Assembly (NCBI GenBank): GCA_002269645.1
Contig: NIVC01000472.1
Span: 1-64,000, forward strand
Origin: Macrostomum lignano
Lineage: Eukaryota
DNA: 64,000 nt
Direction of reading: 5' to 3'
The position numbers and the translations under genes are program-made. Below, in pieces: positions 1-13,644 of the stretch. A model generated the notes under the pieces. It was not told the DNA's origin. It did not search any database and saw only the letters and a list, made by a program, of their open reading frames with translations. How positions within the stretch are numbered: position 1 is the stretch's first letter; every line of letters begins with the position of its first letter.

Positions 1-1320
1 GAGGCTCTTGGTTTCTAGCGTCCAGTGAGTCTGGCTAGCACTATACGTTCGGCGCACTTGGCGACGCAGCTCGTAAGCGCGACCGTCGATAGCTGCTCGG
101 GAGTTTTGGGTCCTTCCCCTTTTTTGGCACTGGGATGATGACCGCTCGCGCAGCTGTTCGGCGTGGAGCCGTCTTTCCAGCTGCGGTTGATGAGGTGCAG
201 CAGGCGTTCGTCAATCTCCGCTGGTAGGTGCTTAAGCATTTCGTTGCTGACGCCATCGGGCCGGCCGCTTACCGGACTTCAATTTACGGAGCGCGGTGCG
301 GAGTTCGCCAGCATGAAGTCGGCCGCAGTCGGGTCTTGGGCCTCCTCTTCGGACTGCCGGAGGCCGCTGTTGGCTTCGTAGCGGATGGCTGCGTCATTCG
401 CCCGTCGTTCAACCCTGCTAACCTCGGCATAAAGCTGGCAGAAGAGATTTGCCTTTTCTTTATCGGAGTTGCAGGTGCGCGCCGGGCGGCTGCCGGAGGC
501 CGGACTGCTAATTGCCGCAGGGTCGCGTCCCGTGGGCGCTTCGCCGCGCATAGATCTGAGCAGCTTAAAAAGGTCAGAGTTGGCATCGAGCACTTCCGTG
601 CGCTGTTCGAGGTGATCGCGGCGCTGTTTTCTAATGACCTTGGCGGCTTGGTGACGGGCTCTGTTGAAGGCTGTAATGGCTCTTGGTCTGAAGTTCCTCA
701 GCTTGGGACCGGGCAGCTTGGGTTTCCGCGCAAGCATTTGAGCAGGCTTCGGACTAGAATGGGGCCCGACGTCCCGCCGTGCTGCCTCTCGGGATGCTCT
801 TATGTGCGCTTCAGGATCATGCTGCTGAGCGCTTCGGCTCCTGGTCAATGGTCATGGCGTTCGCCGCTGACCCAATAGGGTTGGGCTGTTGGGCGCAATG
901 GTTGGCCTGGAGTTCCGACTTGTAGGTTGTCCAGTTCGCTTTGCGATAGTTCCAGCGGGGGGGCCTCGTTTATGCACTGGACGGGGCGCCGCGGCGTTGA
1001 ACAGGATCGGGAGGTGGTCGCTACCGCAGTCTGGTCCAGTCCTCCAGCTGCGTGTGACCGTTTTGGCCAAGGAGCCGGAAACGCAGGTAATGTCCGGGGT
1101 TGACCGTTTGCCGGTGGCGGGGCTAGTCCTGGTATGTGCATTGCTGTTGCAGATAGCCAGCCCATTTCTGGTTGCCCATTCCTCGACGCGCTGTCCTCGC
1201 TGGTCCTCTTCCATGTGGTAATCCAAGCGCCGTGGGCGTTGAAGTCGCCTCCGATAATAGTGCGATTATTGGTCGGATGCGCTCCAGTGGGTTGTCTTCG
1301 GTATTTTTGCCATGTTGTGC
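1..1320 (-). mobile_element. Decayed non-LTR retrotransposon (I/Jockey group): APE endonuclease + start of reverse transcriptase, runs off the left edge
   Basis: Minus-strand pieces give GGDFNAH (1232-1252), TPDIT...GSDHLPI (ORF 852-1226) and LKHLP...LINRSW / IPVPKKGKDPKLPSSYR / VALTSCVAKCAERIV (ORFs 15-239, 41-256). Several frameshifts separate them. Confidence 0.9.
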
Positions 1321-2699
1321 TGCTGCTGCTGGTGCTGGTGCTGGCTAAGCATAGTTTGATGTCTGGACCATAGATGTGTCAACAGGCCCTTTGTTGAGCC
1401 ACATGCAATTGAAATAGTTGCTTCACAAATTTTACACAAGGCATGAACCTTGTTGACTTTTTGTGTGCTTTGTGTGCCATTGTTAAATTGACACTGAAAT
1501 TGAAATATTATTTCATTTTAAAGCACTTGTTATATATATCTAAATGTAACATTAACAATTAAAATAAAATATATGCAAGCATAAATTATACCTACAAGGT
1601 AAATTTTCTTAAGTTGACCTAGATAAATTTGTAATGAAAATTTTAGAAACACACTAAAGTACTCATGATAATTATAATTTTGTGAAATTAAAAGCTCTGA
1701 AATTTTTTACTGATACATATGATGACAACCCAAGTTAGTATAACTCATTATAATATATAATTATATAGTACTTAAAACTTACTTTAAATTTAATTATGTT
1801 AGTATAATCATTTTTGTTAGCTTAGCACTTCACTTTAAACTTTACTTTAAGTTAAAGTTAAAATTAAAATAGGAGTATAGAACATTATTACAGAATTTGA
1901 TACCATGATACACTGAAATATCTGCATTTAAGCATAAATAGGAGGGATATTAAATCAAAGAGTGCTAGCTGGTCTAGGATTCTAATTAATAAGATAAGCA
2001 ATTTTAAAGTGTCTTGGCCCTCTTGGGACTAAGTTTTTTTAAAAACGAAATAATGAACCTAGAGTACCAGGTAGACCTTAGATGATTACAAGTTACAATT
2101 ACAACCATAGTCATACCTTTATAAATACTACATTACTTACTGCTAGTATAGTAAGCAAGCTTGGCCTACTATATCTAGAAGTATATTAGTAGATATAGAG
2201 AGTAATAATAATAAATAATTTTGTGACAATTTTTAATAATAATATTACTAATTATAATGATATTTATAATGATAGCTAATGGTCCAAACTGGTATATTTA
2301 TGCAATAAACTTCTCTTTGCTTAGTTATTGTACAAGTAGAAATATAAGATTGTTTGATAATAATAAATAATATTTATCAATAAAAGATATTTGATAATAA
2401 TTGATTACAACAATAATAACTTGTTTTAATATAGGTTATATAGCTAGCTATGTAATATCAATGTAAATTATCAAAGTGAATGTCATGTTTAATGCCACGT
2501 TATAGTTTTAGACATCACGCAACTCACAAACATGTGAAATTAAATTACACCTTACAACTGCTCTAACAAATTTTGCTGCTTTTTATGTGTGATTTCGATA
2601 CAGACATGCAGGCTGCAGTTATATTATTTCATATTTTTTAAAGTTGAATCTTTTTTTAAATTTTACATGATTATTTTAGTTAAAACAAGAGAATTAAAA

Positions 2700-2875
2700 T
2701 CAGTTTGAATCCCAAAACAATCCCAGGATTTAAGCCTTAAAATCCTAGGATCCCAATCCCGCACTGTTCTAATCCAAGGATCATAAATCCCAAAATTTCA
2801 AGTCTCAAAAAATCCTGGGATTGAAATCCCGTGTTTTGAGGCTAAATCCCTGGATCCCAGTATTGAAATGCCTAA
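2700..2875. repeat. AATCCC/GGATCCC-rich dispersed short repeats, probable MITE end
   Basis: Repeated aatccc/aatcctggga motifs end in gatcccagtattgaaatgccta, which resembles the gtcccgattgaaatccctta end at about 21590. Confidence 0.4.
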
Positions 2876-2949
2876 TTGGCTGAGACCTTGTCAGGTGCCT
2901 CAGATGTTGAACTAATGCGTACACAGTACAAACTAAATGTATATTTCAG

Positions 2950-3110
2950 GTCCTACTATAGATATACTGTGGTGTGAGTGTCAATGTTCAATGCGCACTA
3001 TACAACACCAACTGTTTGATCACATGATTGGTTTGGTGATGAATTTTGGTCCGTTGACTGACCTCAGTGCTATAGAATTTTTGAGGTGTGTCACCAATGA
3101 CTGCGGGGCA
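2950..3110 (+). pseudogene. Possible degenerate CACTA/EnSpm transposase fragment
   Basis: One frame reads IQHQLFDHMIGLVMNFGPLTDLSAIEF, like the H-L-x-H...FGPL...SA-x-x-F motif of EnSpm transposases. Short match followed by stops. Confidence 0.35.
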
Positions 3111-4119
3111 TGATTCAGGGTTGTCACAGGCCTGGTACTGAGCACAGGAACTATATTAGTCAATGTATCAGAGTATTGCAACTGAATTGCGCTTTGCCTA
3201 AGAACATGCAGAAGTCAACTGGTGGTAGCAAGATTAGAATTAAGTTTCCATCAGGAGCAGAGGTGTATGGAGTTAATGCAAATAAGCTATAGTGTCATAG
3301 GACCTGACATTCAAAAGTTTTAAGCCCCTACAAGATGCTGGAAGGATTACATCACCATCATTTGTTTAGTTTAAAGTTTCGCAGAGTACAGAGCATAGAT
3401 GTGACAGAGTAGACAAGTCATTTAACAATGCTACCAGCCAGGTGCATGTAACTGTGAGGGAGCTTGACACTCGAAGTGTGAAAGTAATCGACTTGAGTCA
3501 GCAATATGATTAATCTGAATGCAGTTGTTCTACTATTAACGGAGTTGATCCATTAGCAGTAACAACTGAATGGTGCACTGTGGATCCAGAATCCATTAAT
3601 TATTGCCTTGTGCACAGTCTCAACTGAGGGCCTAGCTGTCATACCTTGGGTTCAATCGGCTTCATGTAAACAACCAGGATGAGCTCTTGCTCTGAAATCA
3701 GATGCTCCTTACATCTTGAAGTTGTTTTCAGTACATTTCTATGATACTCAGAAAACACAAACAAATTAAATTTTTTGCAGAAAGCAATACTTTCTTCCAA
3801 TATATGCTCCTAGCATAACGATAGCTTTACTTTATTCACTACTCATCACTAATATATTCACCAATTGGCACACTGGATTGGTTGAATAGAACCCTGGGAG
3901 AGTTTTTCCTAATTAATTTATAACCACAGCAGTATTTGTTATTTGTTTGCAAGCAATTGAATGCACTGATCATTAAACGGCCAGGGAATATTTGTCTTAA
4001 ATAATTTAAAAGCTGGTAGATGAAACACTAAAGTTTATAAAAAAATATGCTACACAAAAACTGCATTATTATCGACACACATGACTAATTTTACATTCAC
4101 TGTCCCTTCTGTTATTTCA

Positions 4120-5491
4120 GGTTGCACATGGAGCCCCAATCAAACAAATGGTTTGTAGTTCGCTTTGCTCATAATGCAATACAAGCCGTAAATGAGCAGG
4201 ACCTGTACGTCATTTCTGCAGTGAGCAAAGAAGAGGCTCCTCTACCTCTATGCTACGGGAGGAAAGTGCATGTAGCTGCAGCTGGACGCTCCTCAAGCAG
4301 TTTAAAACCCGGAACTCTGATGGGTCCTGCTTTGCCTACCTTTGAGCTCGCCCAGTCGATGTGTACAAGCTTCAGTTTATTTCAAAAATCGATGAGTCCT
4401 GCCAAATCTAAAAGCGTTGCGATGCCCAACCGCTGCAACCGTTGCAAAATTTTGCAGCAAGAGCTCGCCGCTGCGAAAAGTAAAATTGACGGACTGCATA
4501 AAACACTCTCTGATCAGGAACCGCCTCCCAATCATGGGAATAGAGACGGTGAGAATCATATGCTGGACAGCGCCTGGCACTTATTTGTCAAAGTAGACAG
4601 CTGGTAAATTAAAAACTAAATTAGAAAATGCAGTTTAGCTGTACAGCAGTTGCGTTACGTTTCGTTTCATGAATTCTCCTTACCTTTTTTAGGGGCATCG
4701 ACAATCGGCAATGTGCGACTGGAGCAGATGAGCAAAAAGCTCGATAAGTTGATCGAATTGTGCAGCGCCCAGAGTCACGGTGGTAGGACCGTTGGACAGG
4801 TTACAGAAGAAGGCACGCCTGAGGCTGAACCACAGGACAGGTTGATGGAGGAGCGAAATGGCATCGCAACTGGACAGGACGGCGATGAAGGGGGAGGTAC
4901 ATGTCATCTGGTTGAAGAGCTCCCGGCCGTAACAATAAATAAACAACGACTCATCGCCATTCAGGCTAATGCTGCTGAGCTCGATGTTACGGCAGCCACC
5001 AAGTTTGTTACTAAGGAGTTGCTAATCGAACTAATAGGTATGGAGGCTTATCACTTTCTACGAATTGTCCCAAAAAAAATTTAAATTTGCTTTTTTCGAA
5101 ATGTCTGTCACTTCACGATATTTCAGGCCGTGATGCTCTCACATGCGACTCCGGCTCCTATGTTGCTCCTTCGTCTGGAGGCAGAGTTTTATATGTGAGC
5201 CTAAAGCCGGAAACCCTATTAGCGGACAACCGTCACGACAATAGGATTAAAGCTATTGTTCTCTTCGTTCACCGAAAGTGGTCAATAGACTGTTCAGTTG
5301 CGCTGATTCGCGTCCGTGAGACCATCCGGAGTTGGAGGAAAGTGCTAATAGCCAGCCGAAAGAGGTCTGCAGCAACAGCAACGGCCTCATCAGCCAGCTT
5401 CAGACAATCCTCCGCCAGTCCCGAGGCCCATGATTTAAATGGCGAAGACGCTGTCCACGTCTACTTACTCGACAAGCTGCTCGCTCCCTAG
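4120..5491 (+). CDS. Spliced gene with coiled coil and C-terminal BEN-like domain (5' end not found)
   Basis: Exons 4120-4548, 4693-5037 and 5127-5491 join through GT-AG introns, and the two internal junctions are both phase 1. The product ends ...TKFVTKELLIELIG|RDALTC...DNRIKAIVLFVHRKW...VRETIRSWRK, which has a BEN-like pattern. The domain call is by eye. Confidence 0.6.
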
Positions 5492-8374
5492 AAGTGTGTG
5501 AGCTAACTACCATTAATTTACAAAAATATTGTCTTTTTGTACATAAAAATGTGGATAAATTCAATTCCTAAATTGTAACCACGGGCTAGGTACAAGAAGA
5601 AGAATGTCGTTCCTTTTATCTCGGGCGATCGGCGCAACACTCCTCTGTGCCTGCAACTGCCCGTGTAGTCTCATGCCTTTTTTATACAATACCCCTTTTC
5701 ATTCCACTGTGGTGGTGTCCTACTCAAGGTATTAGTTGGGATAACTCTGTCTTTTCGGTACTCGGTACTTGGTACTTAGGATAAATTTTTAGTATATAGG
5801 AAGCTATTGAACGATATGAATTAAATTACGAATATATAAGGGTGCGCGAGTACTCGATATCAATACTCGGAAGTGACAATCAGTACTACTTCGATCAGTA
5901 CTATCAGAGGCCCAGGAGCCTCCCACTCCCCTGTTTTTTCATGCTATATAAGACTGTTGCTGTTCTTAATCCCTATTTCCCCCTGTTAGTAGCATAGTTA
6001 ATACATTTACTTGTTTTTTCTAACTTTGTTTCTCAATAATTTCCATTATTTGCAAATTGTTCATTATTTTCTTATAGACATAGTGTAAATACACGCACGT
6101 GCATGTTTTTGTCATTAAACAGACTCGTATCCTTGATAAGAGTTGCGTACTTTCGCCAAATTCAATAGTATGAAAACGCTGCTACGGCAAGCCAAAAACT
6201 ACTGAGATTTGGTGCTAAGGGCTTCTAAACACGAAATTCCTCATTTGGATCACTACTACTGCCAAAAACTTTGCGCACTACTAACTGCAGTAGATAAATT
6301 CGGACATAACTCCTAAATTTGTGAGGCGCTTATTTAATTTTACAATTCTTCCGTCTTCCAACTTACCTGATCGGCTGGCTAACATGGAAGAAAGTGACTT
6401 TAACTAGGAATAGACGTCGCATTTTTCAAGTGGGAATTGATTGCTTATTCGCATACGTGTACAAACATTCTTTTTGTTCGCGTTGAAAAAAACTTTGGCT
6501 CTATTCTTTACCCTGGAATTCGCGTAGACTATGGTCAACGACTTAATTTATAACATGGCCTCAACTTGAGTCTGGTTAGAATATTTATTTGGCCAAATTA
6601 TACATGTACGCCCTCGTGTGCAACAGCAAAAACATGTAAGAATAAATAAAACGCTGCTGCTAGTACGACAAAACTGCAAAAGTACATGTACATGTATAGT
6701 CCTTATTATTAATCACTCGTACAGTAGTCACTCCCACGTAATGGGTCACGATGTAATTGTCAGTGCCGTTGGCTATGAACTTGCTCTTAGAAGAGACCCG
6801 TTGAAAACGATAACGAGACAAGAGTTGCTTAAAATTCGTTGCAAACAAATCTCTCTAGTGCGTCTGGGGCGACTCTTAGGACTTTTTAACAACTCAAATG
6901 CGACGGAGAGGCGATCCTGTTGCATCACATGCGCGTCACGTGAGTTTTAAAGTCGTAAAAAAGTAGCGAAAAATTAGTAGTCTAAGAATCGTTGTGCTGG
7001 CGCTCAACTTTATACTAACTCAGTAGGCTCGTTAGAGTGCAATTAGAGTTCAATAGGCTAAAACTGAGTGTTTATTGCCCGATGAAAACGGTGCCTAGGC
7101 CAAGAGGTGGGGATGCTTAGATGCAGCTAGTGAGCACGAGAATCCAAAGCTATATGCAGCTCTCGACAGCACTGCTGCGGTGACCCAATGATTCATGCAA
7201 TCAGTCACTGCGTTTGACGCCAGCTTGGTTTAGGGTGGTAGCACACGTCTTCCGAAGCGACTGCAGGTTTAGTGAACCTTTCAGAAGCCTTTGTGTTCAG
7301 CCGCGCCAGAGTCAATTAATCACTAGCACTAGAATTTAGTCTATGGTACTGAAAGTTCCCTCCCTTTCCTGTCCTTCCATTCGCCTTGATCGCGCCCGCC
7401 CTAATCGGTTTCACCCGTCGAAATTTTGTCTATGTTCGAAAGTCCTTTTTCGTCCTTTTTCCTCCCGGTATTAAAAGAATATGGAATTTCGCTTGCGGCG
7501 CCAATCAAATATTCGTCGAAAGGATCACTTGTGTAAAAACAATGGCACCATAATTCATTTTTAGAATCTCAGCTCAGCTGACCGCCTGCCCTGCCGCCCC
7601 CTTTAACCATATATAAAATCGGGTGCATAGTCAGCATCCTGGATGCAGGATAAGTCGAAAAATCTAGACGGATTAAAAACTCGTAATCTCTGCAGCAGTG
7701 TGTGTGGCAACCAGACAGCACTACAGAAGCCTTCGATCTGGAAAATGGCAGGCATTTTCTAGCTAGTCAATTAGAATAATTTTCTTAGATTTGTTTTAAC
7801 GATTTTACTCTTTCGTTATAGTATCCTACCACGGGTTGGCTTATAATTTTTAACAACTTAAGCCCTCTGAGGTCGTCAAGCGTTTGCTACCAAAGGAATA
7901 AAGATCCTCGGGGCTTTGCGAAATACATAAATGTACAAATTTAGCTTGGCTTCGAATCAGTTCCATTATGATTTCTACATGTGAATTTTTGACAATATCA
8001 AACTGAATATGTAATTTTCTCGGCAGTCATAAATTCATTTACTTGAATAATTCGCGTGAGGGGGTGAAAAACTACATGTTGCATTGGAAAAGATCTAGCT
8101 GCTCCACCAAAAGCTCATAAATTTATGTATTTTCTCTGCGAGAAAGTCATATAGTCCCGTCGGTTCTGCCAGCTCAGCTAGAGGACACTAATCTTGCAGT
8201 TTTTTATCAATGCATGCATATCGCAGCTTCATGGATTAATTGAAAAGGCAACTGCGAAACATAAGCAGTAAATCTTTTAAGGAAATCGCTGTTCAATGTC
8301 CTTCTCCCAGCGGCGTACGCAGGAGTTATATTTCAAGTGGGCTGCTGCCCTAAGGGGCGCCAATATTTGATGTC

Positions 8375-8948
8375 TTGGTGGGCGCCCCTGTCTCTTTGGT
8401 AGGCGCCCCTGTCTCTTTGGTAGGTGCCCCTGTCTCTTTGGTAGGCGCCCCTGTCTCTTGTTTGGCGCCTCTGTCTCTTGTTTGGCGCCTCTGTCTCTTG
8501 TTTGGCGCCTCTGTCTCTTGTTTGGCGCCTCTGTCTCTTGTTTGGCGCCTCTGTCTCTTGTTTGGCGCCTCTGTCTCTTGTTTGGCGCCTCTGTCTCTTG
8601 TTTGGCGCCTCTGTCTCTTGTTTGGCGCCTCTGTCTCTTGTTTGGCGCCTCTGTCTCTTGTTTGGCGCCTCTGTCTCTTGTTTGGCGCCTCTGTCTCTTG
8701 TTTGGCGCCTCTGTCTCTTGTTTGGCGCCTCTGTCTCTTGTTTGGCGCCTCTGTCCCTTAGCGGGCGCCTCTGTCTCTTAGCGGGCGCCCTGTCTCTTAG
8801 TGGGCGCCCCTGTCTCTTGGTGGGCGCCCCTGTCTCTTGGTGGGCGCCCCTGTCTCTTGGTGGCGCCCCTGTCTCTTGGTGGCGCCCCTGTCTTTTGGTG
8901 GCGCCCCTGTCTCTTGGTGGCGCCCCTGTCTTTTGGTGGCGCCCCTGT
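8375..8948. repeat. 20-bp minisatellite (CCTGTCTCTTGGTGGGCGCC / CTCTGTCTCTTGTTTGGCGC)
   Basis: Direct tandem units with a homogeneous centre and variant edges. It is the reverse complement of the array at 25985-26525. Confidence 0.95.
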
Positions 8949-10531
8949 CCAAGAAGTAGAGCTCCCGTTATTTGCAAAGCTTGATTGCTTTTTCATTTAG
9001 TTTTTGGAGGAACGCATTATGTGGGGCCGATTTATGGGGGTGGTAAGGGGCCGCGACACCTCGCTGACCCCACTGTCTGCATGGGCCACTGGCTTCTACA
9101 TAACGTACCGGGGCATGCAACATTCGGGAAGATCCATTATCAGTGTAATCTGACGCCTAGTTCTTTCATAAGCTCCACAGATGCACAAAATTGAACACCG
9201 CGGGGATCGTGGCGCGGAGTCAGATTTTTTTACATCTGGATCAGAGAGCTGTGTTGCTTTGAGATCGATTTCACTTCACAATAATGGCTGCTATTTGAGT
9301 CTGCAATATCTAACCTGGCAGCCAAGGAAAGGCCAAGTAAAAGTAAGCGCGATGAAGTTGTGAGCGGAATAAGAGTCGGACATACTGTAGATCGCAAGGC
9401 AGGGATAGAACTTGAAGACAAACAAAGTGCTAACAGACAACTTCTGTGTTTGCTGCACATTGAGCCGCAAACTTTAATATATGACAGGAAAAGCTACGGT
9501 TCAATCTACAGCGATTAAAAGGATTTTTGTCTTACTGGGAGCAAAGAGTAAGATTTCACCCCAGCTGCAGAACACGAATACCCTCTGGATTCATCCTGGC
9601 TTCATCATACAGTGGCTTCATCCGCACAAAAAGATGTTTGACGCTAAACCAACAAATGCAGAACTTGCTTCCTACGACCGCGTGTGTGTGGCTTCCTTTT
9701 TTCAGATTGATATTTTGCCGCTCAGTAATTCCATGCGGTTCTCTGGAAATCAAGACTGTGTGATCACTTCGGGTGTAACCCAGACGTTTATCCATCAGGT
9801 CTGTTCAGACCTTCGCGGTTCCAAGCGCCCGCTAAGTCCCGTCAGGCTCCATTCCACCTCAGACAAACAGACAGACAGACAGTCTATTGTTTTCAATAGT
9901 TGGATTGCTGGGCTGGTCTATAGACTTTTGTAGTTGAGGGTAGGATTCTATAGATACATGTACGCATCTGCTAAAATAGGAAATAAATGCTCCGAACATG
10001 TTGTCAGGAGAACAAACATTTCTTTGTTTTATTATTGTACCAATTTGTCAAATTTTGAGTCGAATATTTAAAAAAAGATTATTAAAATAAGACAACAGAA
10101 ATATTAAGTCGGTATGGCTTTTAAGCTTTGCAAAACTTTCTCAAAGTTGTCAAGCAATAATTATTCCAAATCGTTGATTTTCAGTTACGATTTTATTTAT
10201 TTTCTGTCGCGTTGTTAAAATGGTTCATGTTGTAAAGCAGTTTGGCTGGGCAGGTCTCGATCAAATCGGATGCATTCGCACATTTCAACTTTTCCGACAA
10301 GTGACCGTCGGTCGTCATAACCAAACTTTGTCAGCATTCAGAGCTTCAGTACCTGAACGAATTCGCGAAGAAGCTCCCGATCTTGGCCGTTCAAATGTCC
10401 AGAGTGAGCCATTTTCTAAAAATAGACAAATGCAGGAAATAATATATTGTTCGTTGAGCAGCTCTAAGAAAAAAATTGAGATGGATTTATGCCCCGCCGC
10501 CGAGGCTAAAGAGATGGATGAGCGTTGAACT

Positions 10532-11056
10532 TCAGGAGACAACTACTAAATTATTCACCTGGGCCCCGGATCCGAGGGCAAGAATTGCAGATTTAGCATC
10601 AATGAGTGGTTCAGGGCGTACGGAAATAAACAGGGAAACCCAACCGCGTTGGGGGGGGGCACTAAAAGTCTGTTGGTGGATCTTCTCACGATCGATGTGG
10701 CATGCCGGGTCACGATTGAGCACAGGTTCTGAGCGACTACGGTTCTGACAGAGATGCAAATAATACGTGATCGTCAAATAAGCATCGTTGGAGGACGATG
10801 TCTGTCCCGTGCTCACCGCCAGCCGGGACAGCACGGCGACGTCAACCTCGTTCAAACCGCCGCAGATCTCGCCGGCGGCCTTGCGCAGCCGGAAGAAATG
10901 GTAGCCGCGCTTCAGCCGGAAGGACTCGTAGCCGGCGCGTCGCTGAGCCTCGCCGGCCAGCCCGTCGGAAGCGGCGGCATCGGCGCTCAGGGCGATCAGG
11001 GCGAACGAAGCCAGCAGGAGTGGCAGCGCCAAGGAGACGATCGGACGGTTGGCCAT
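10532..11056 (-). CDS. Neuropeptide precursor (xxFRL peptides AGYESFRL and GYHFFRL)
   Basis: Hydrophobic signal peptide MANRPIVSLALPLLLASFALIALSADA, then RR-AGYESFRL-KR-GYHFFRL-RK dibasic cleavage sites and a Cys-containing tail. The start context is ctgccATGG. The C-terminal limit is uncertain. Confidence 0.85.
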   Translation of the reverse strand: MANRPIVSLALPLLLASFALIALSADAAASDGLAGEAQRRAGYESFRLKRGYHFFRLRKAAGEICGGLNEVDVAVLSRLAVSTGQTSSSNDAYLTITYYLHLCQNRSRSEPVLNRDPACHIDREKIHQQTFSAPPQRGWVSLFISVRPEPLIDAKSAILALGSGAQVNNLVVVS

Positions 11057-11135
11057 GGCAGAGTTGTTTAGAGAGTTGTTGCCTGTCTGAGAGTGAGAAG
11101 CGATGAGCGCAAGCGTGTGAGGGCTCCGGCTGGGT

Positions 11136-11145
11136 CTATTTTATG
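11136..11145 (-). promoter_or_regulatory. TATA-like box upstream of the neuropeptide gene
   Basis: CATAAAATAG on the minus strand about 80 bp upstream of the ATG. Supported by position only. Confidence 0.3.
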
Positions 11146-11867
11146 CTGCTGTACCGCTTGGACCCCGCGCCCCTATTCTGTTTGCCTAGCCATTAATCTA
11201 AAAGCCTGTGAAAGCTGCTAAAGCACATTCGAGAGGGACTTGAAGCCGATTGAAACCAAAAAGGGAATAGCAGAGCGGCAAAGATTAAAGGCCCCTCCTA
11301 GTCAAGAGTGTCCCCTTCCTGGACGAATAACGGACAGCTCACATCGATATTTTGTGATCAAAATAGACTAACGAGTTTATTTTTTGGGGAGAAAATAGCC
11401 ATTAGCAAAGGATTCAAATGCTGGTTAGAAACCGTGTTACATTTAAATAAAAACAAAATAAGCGACTCACACTTTGAGAATGAAGTGTTCTCGACGGGAT
11501 TGTCGGCGGCCGCTTTGATCTTGGCGAGATGGCAAGCGAGCGGTAAACTGCGGCAACGAGTCACCTCAAGGATCCTGTCCAGTTTTATAGACGGGCATGA
11601 TGGCAGTTTGTCAGCCCTGTTCAGCTCCTGCCACAATTTGATTGGATCGCTCAATTCCAGGCCGTGAGCCTCCATCTCATAATTTAGTGTCACCCGCCAT
11701 CCAGACATGCTCCTTGTGCTCATGTGCCAATGAAATGCTGCTGTGTGCTCAGTCTATGCTTATTAACCATATCTGAGGACATGGCACGCTCGTTTGAGTG
11801 CACAGGTTTTGGGGCTTGGAAAGTCTAGAAATTTTTTCAGTTTAAGCAAACTAATTTGTTTAAACTG

Positions 11868-11922
11868 AGGAGTGAATTCGAAAACTGAGGAGTGAATTCG
11901 GAAACTGAGGAGTGAATTCTGG
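11868..11922. repeat. Three copies of a 20-bp unit AAACTGAGGAGTGAATTCGR
   Basis: Visible direct tandem triplication. Confidence 0.8.
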
Positions 11923-12371
11923 AATTGGTGAACTAAAAATTAAGACGTGCTGGTTGTGTTAAGACATATTGTATTCAATCATACATGTACGTGTAAGCCT
12001 TGCTTAGAATGAATTTCAAATCTTAAAGAAAGAATCTTATAAGAATGATAAGCGGCTGTAAAATATACTTCTTTGAATGTCATCCACATGTACTTGACTC
12101 AACCCAGTCCAAATCTTGTACTTGTACTTCAAGCTAAGTGTAATAGTTATTTCGGTTCATTGCTCAATTGAGAGGCCTGCCTTGAAGCTGCTGCGGTGAT
12201 CACACTCTGTAGGTGGTTCCAGTGACTCAGTACCTCCTTGCTCCAATAATTCCATTAGCGAACTGGAACAAGCCGAGTCGTGATACTAATAAACAGGCAA
12301 TCCTGCCGCATCATCACTGATGCGGAGTCATGTGTGCGAGCGAGCGACAATAGCCTGCGGCAGTAAATGAG

Positions 12372-12389
12372 AAAGACAGACGGAGACAA

Positions 12390-12458
<69 letters not shown>

Positions 12459-12460
12459 GG

Positions 12461-12518
<58 letters not shown>

Positions 12519-12529
12519 AACAGACACTA

Positions 12530-12570
<41 letters not shown>

Positions 12571-12575
12571 TACAT

Positions 12576-12606
<31 letters not shown>

Positions 12607-12625
12607 GGCAGACAGACAGACAGGC

Positions 12626-12674
<49 letters not shown>

Positions 12675-12689
12675 GGCAGACAGACAGGC

Positions 12690-12742
<53 letters not shown>

Positions 12743-12833
12743 CTAAGACAGACACTAAGACAGACAGACAGACACTAAGACAGAAAGACAGACAGACAGA
12801 CAGAAACTAAGACAGACAGACACTAAGACAGAA

Positions 12834-12882
<49 letters not shown>

Positions 12883-12885
12883 GTC
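12372..12885. repeat. (GACA)n microsatellite
   Basis: About 500 bp of GACA with GGCA and CTAA interruptions. Confidence 0.97.
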
Positions 12886-13644
12886 AATAAGACAGAGTAA
12901 TTTAATTAGATGATAGACAGACAGAGACGACAGACTAAGTAAAGACGTACAGCTTCTATAATTTTCCATAATGGATTCTCAGACTGTCTATCGATTTCTG
13001 TTGGGGGAATTAGGATTCTATAATTTCATGTACGCAAGTACATGTATACAAGTACATGTACAAGTATGCAATTGTTTTATTTGTCAGCTTGTCGGTGTCG
13101 GGGTGAGCGACTTGATTTATGTGTTTTACATGTGTAGCTATTACATTCGCCGCAAAGACCAGCTCTACCGATCTACGCAACGGCCCGCTTACTATATTGC
13201 TCTGCTAGACTCCCGCACGAAACAGAAGTTTGATCGCACATCCAGGTTCCTCTGCCTTGCTTAAACGCGTAATGTTAGTTTATTATAACAAACTTTAAAA
13301 AAACTTTTAGAAATTTTGCCACATGCTGCATTTAAAATATTTAAACTGTATATTTTAATACTGCTTATTTTAATGGAATAAAACTATACATAAGTACTAC
13401 CCTTTTCTTCGAAATTGAAGCGTGGACAATTCAACTTGCGCATTGTGTGGAAGTTAGACTAAAAAAACTTATAAAATCCTAAATCCTAAGTAGGTACATC
13501 TGACTACCGGCATACTCGGTCGGTTTACTATCAGAAACAATTTTCATTTCGAACCAGGCCCACATTATAGGCCTATGTTGTATTCGCAAAATATTGTAAT
13601 TTAAACAGGTGGTTATCATTTTTCTCAAAAAATGCATTATTTAG

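Noticed and set aside
9481-9933. 150-aa ORF ending in a GACA run (possible Helitron/HINE remnant)
   Set aside because: No Rep or helicase motif or diagnostic termini could be identified.
10754-11106. Plus-strand ORFs over the neuropeptide gene, and similar antisense ORFs over FMO, cGLR, RT and DNase II exons
   Set aside because: They are shadows of GC-rich coding sequence on the opposite strand.
11308-11723. Opposed 119/121-aa ORFs upstream of the neuropeptide gene
   Set aside because: No family motif, and I could not choose a strand or splice model.
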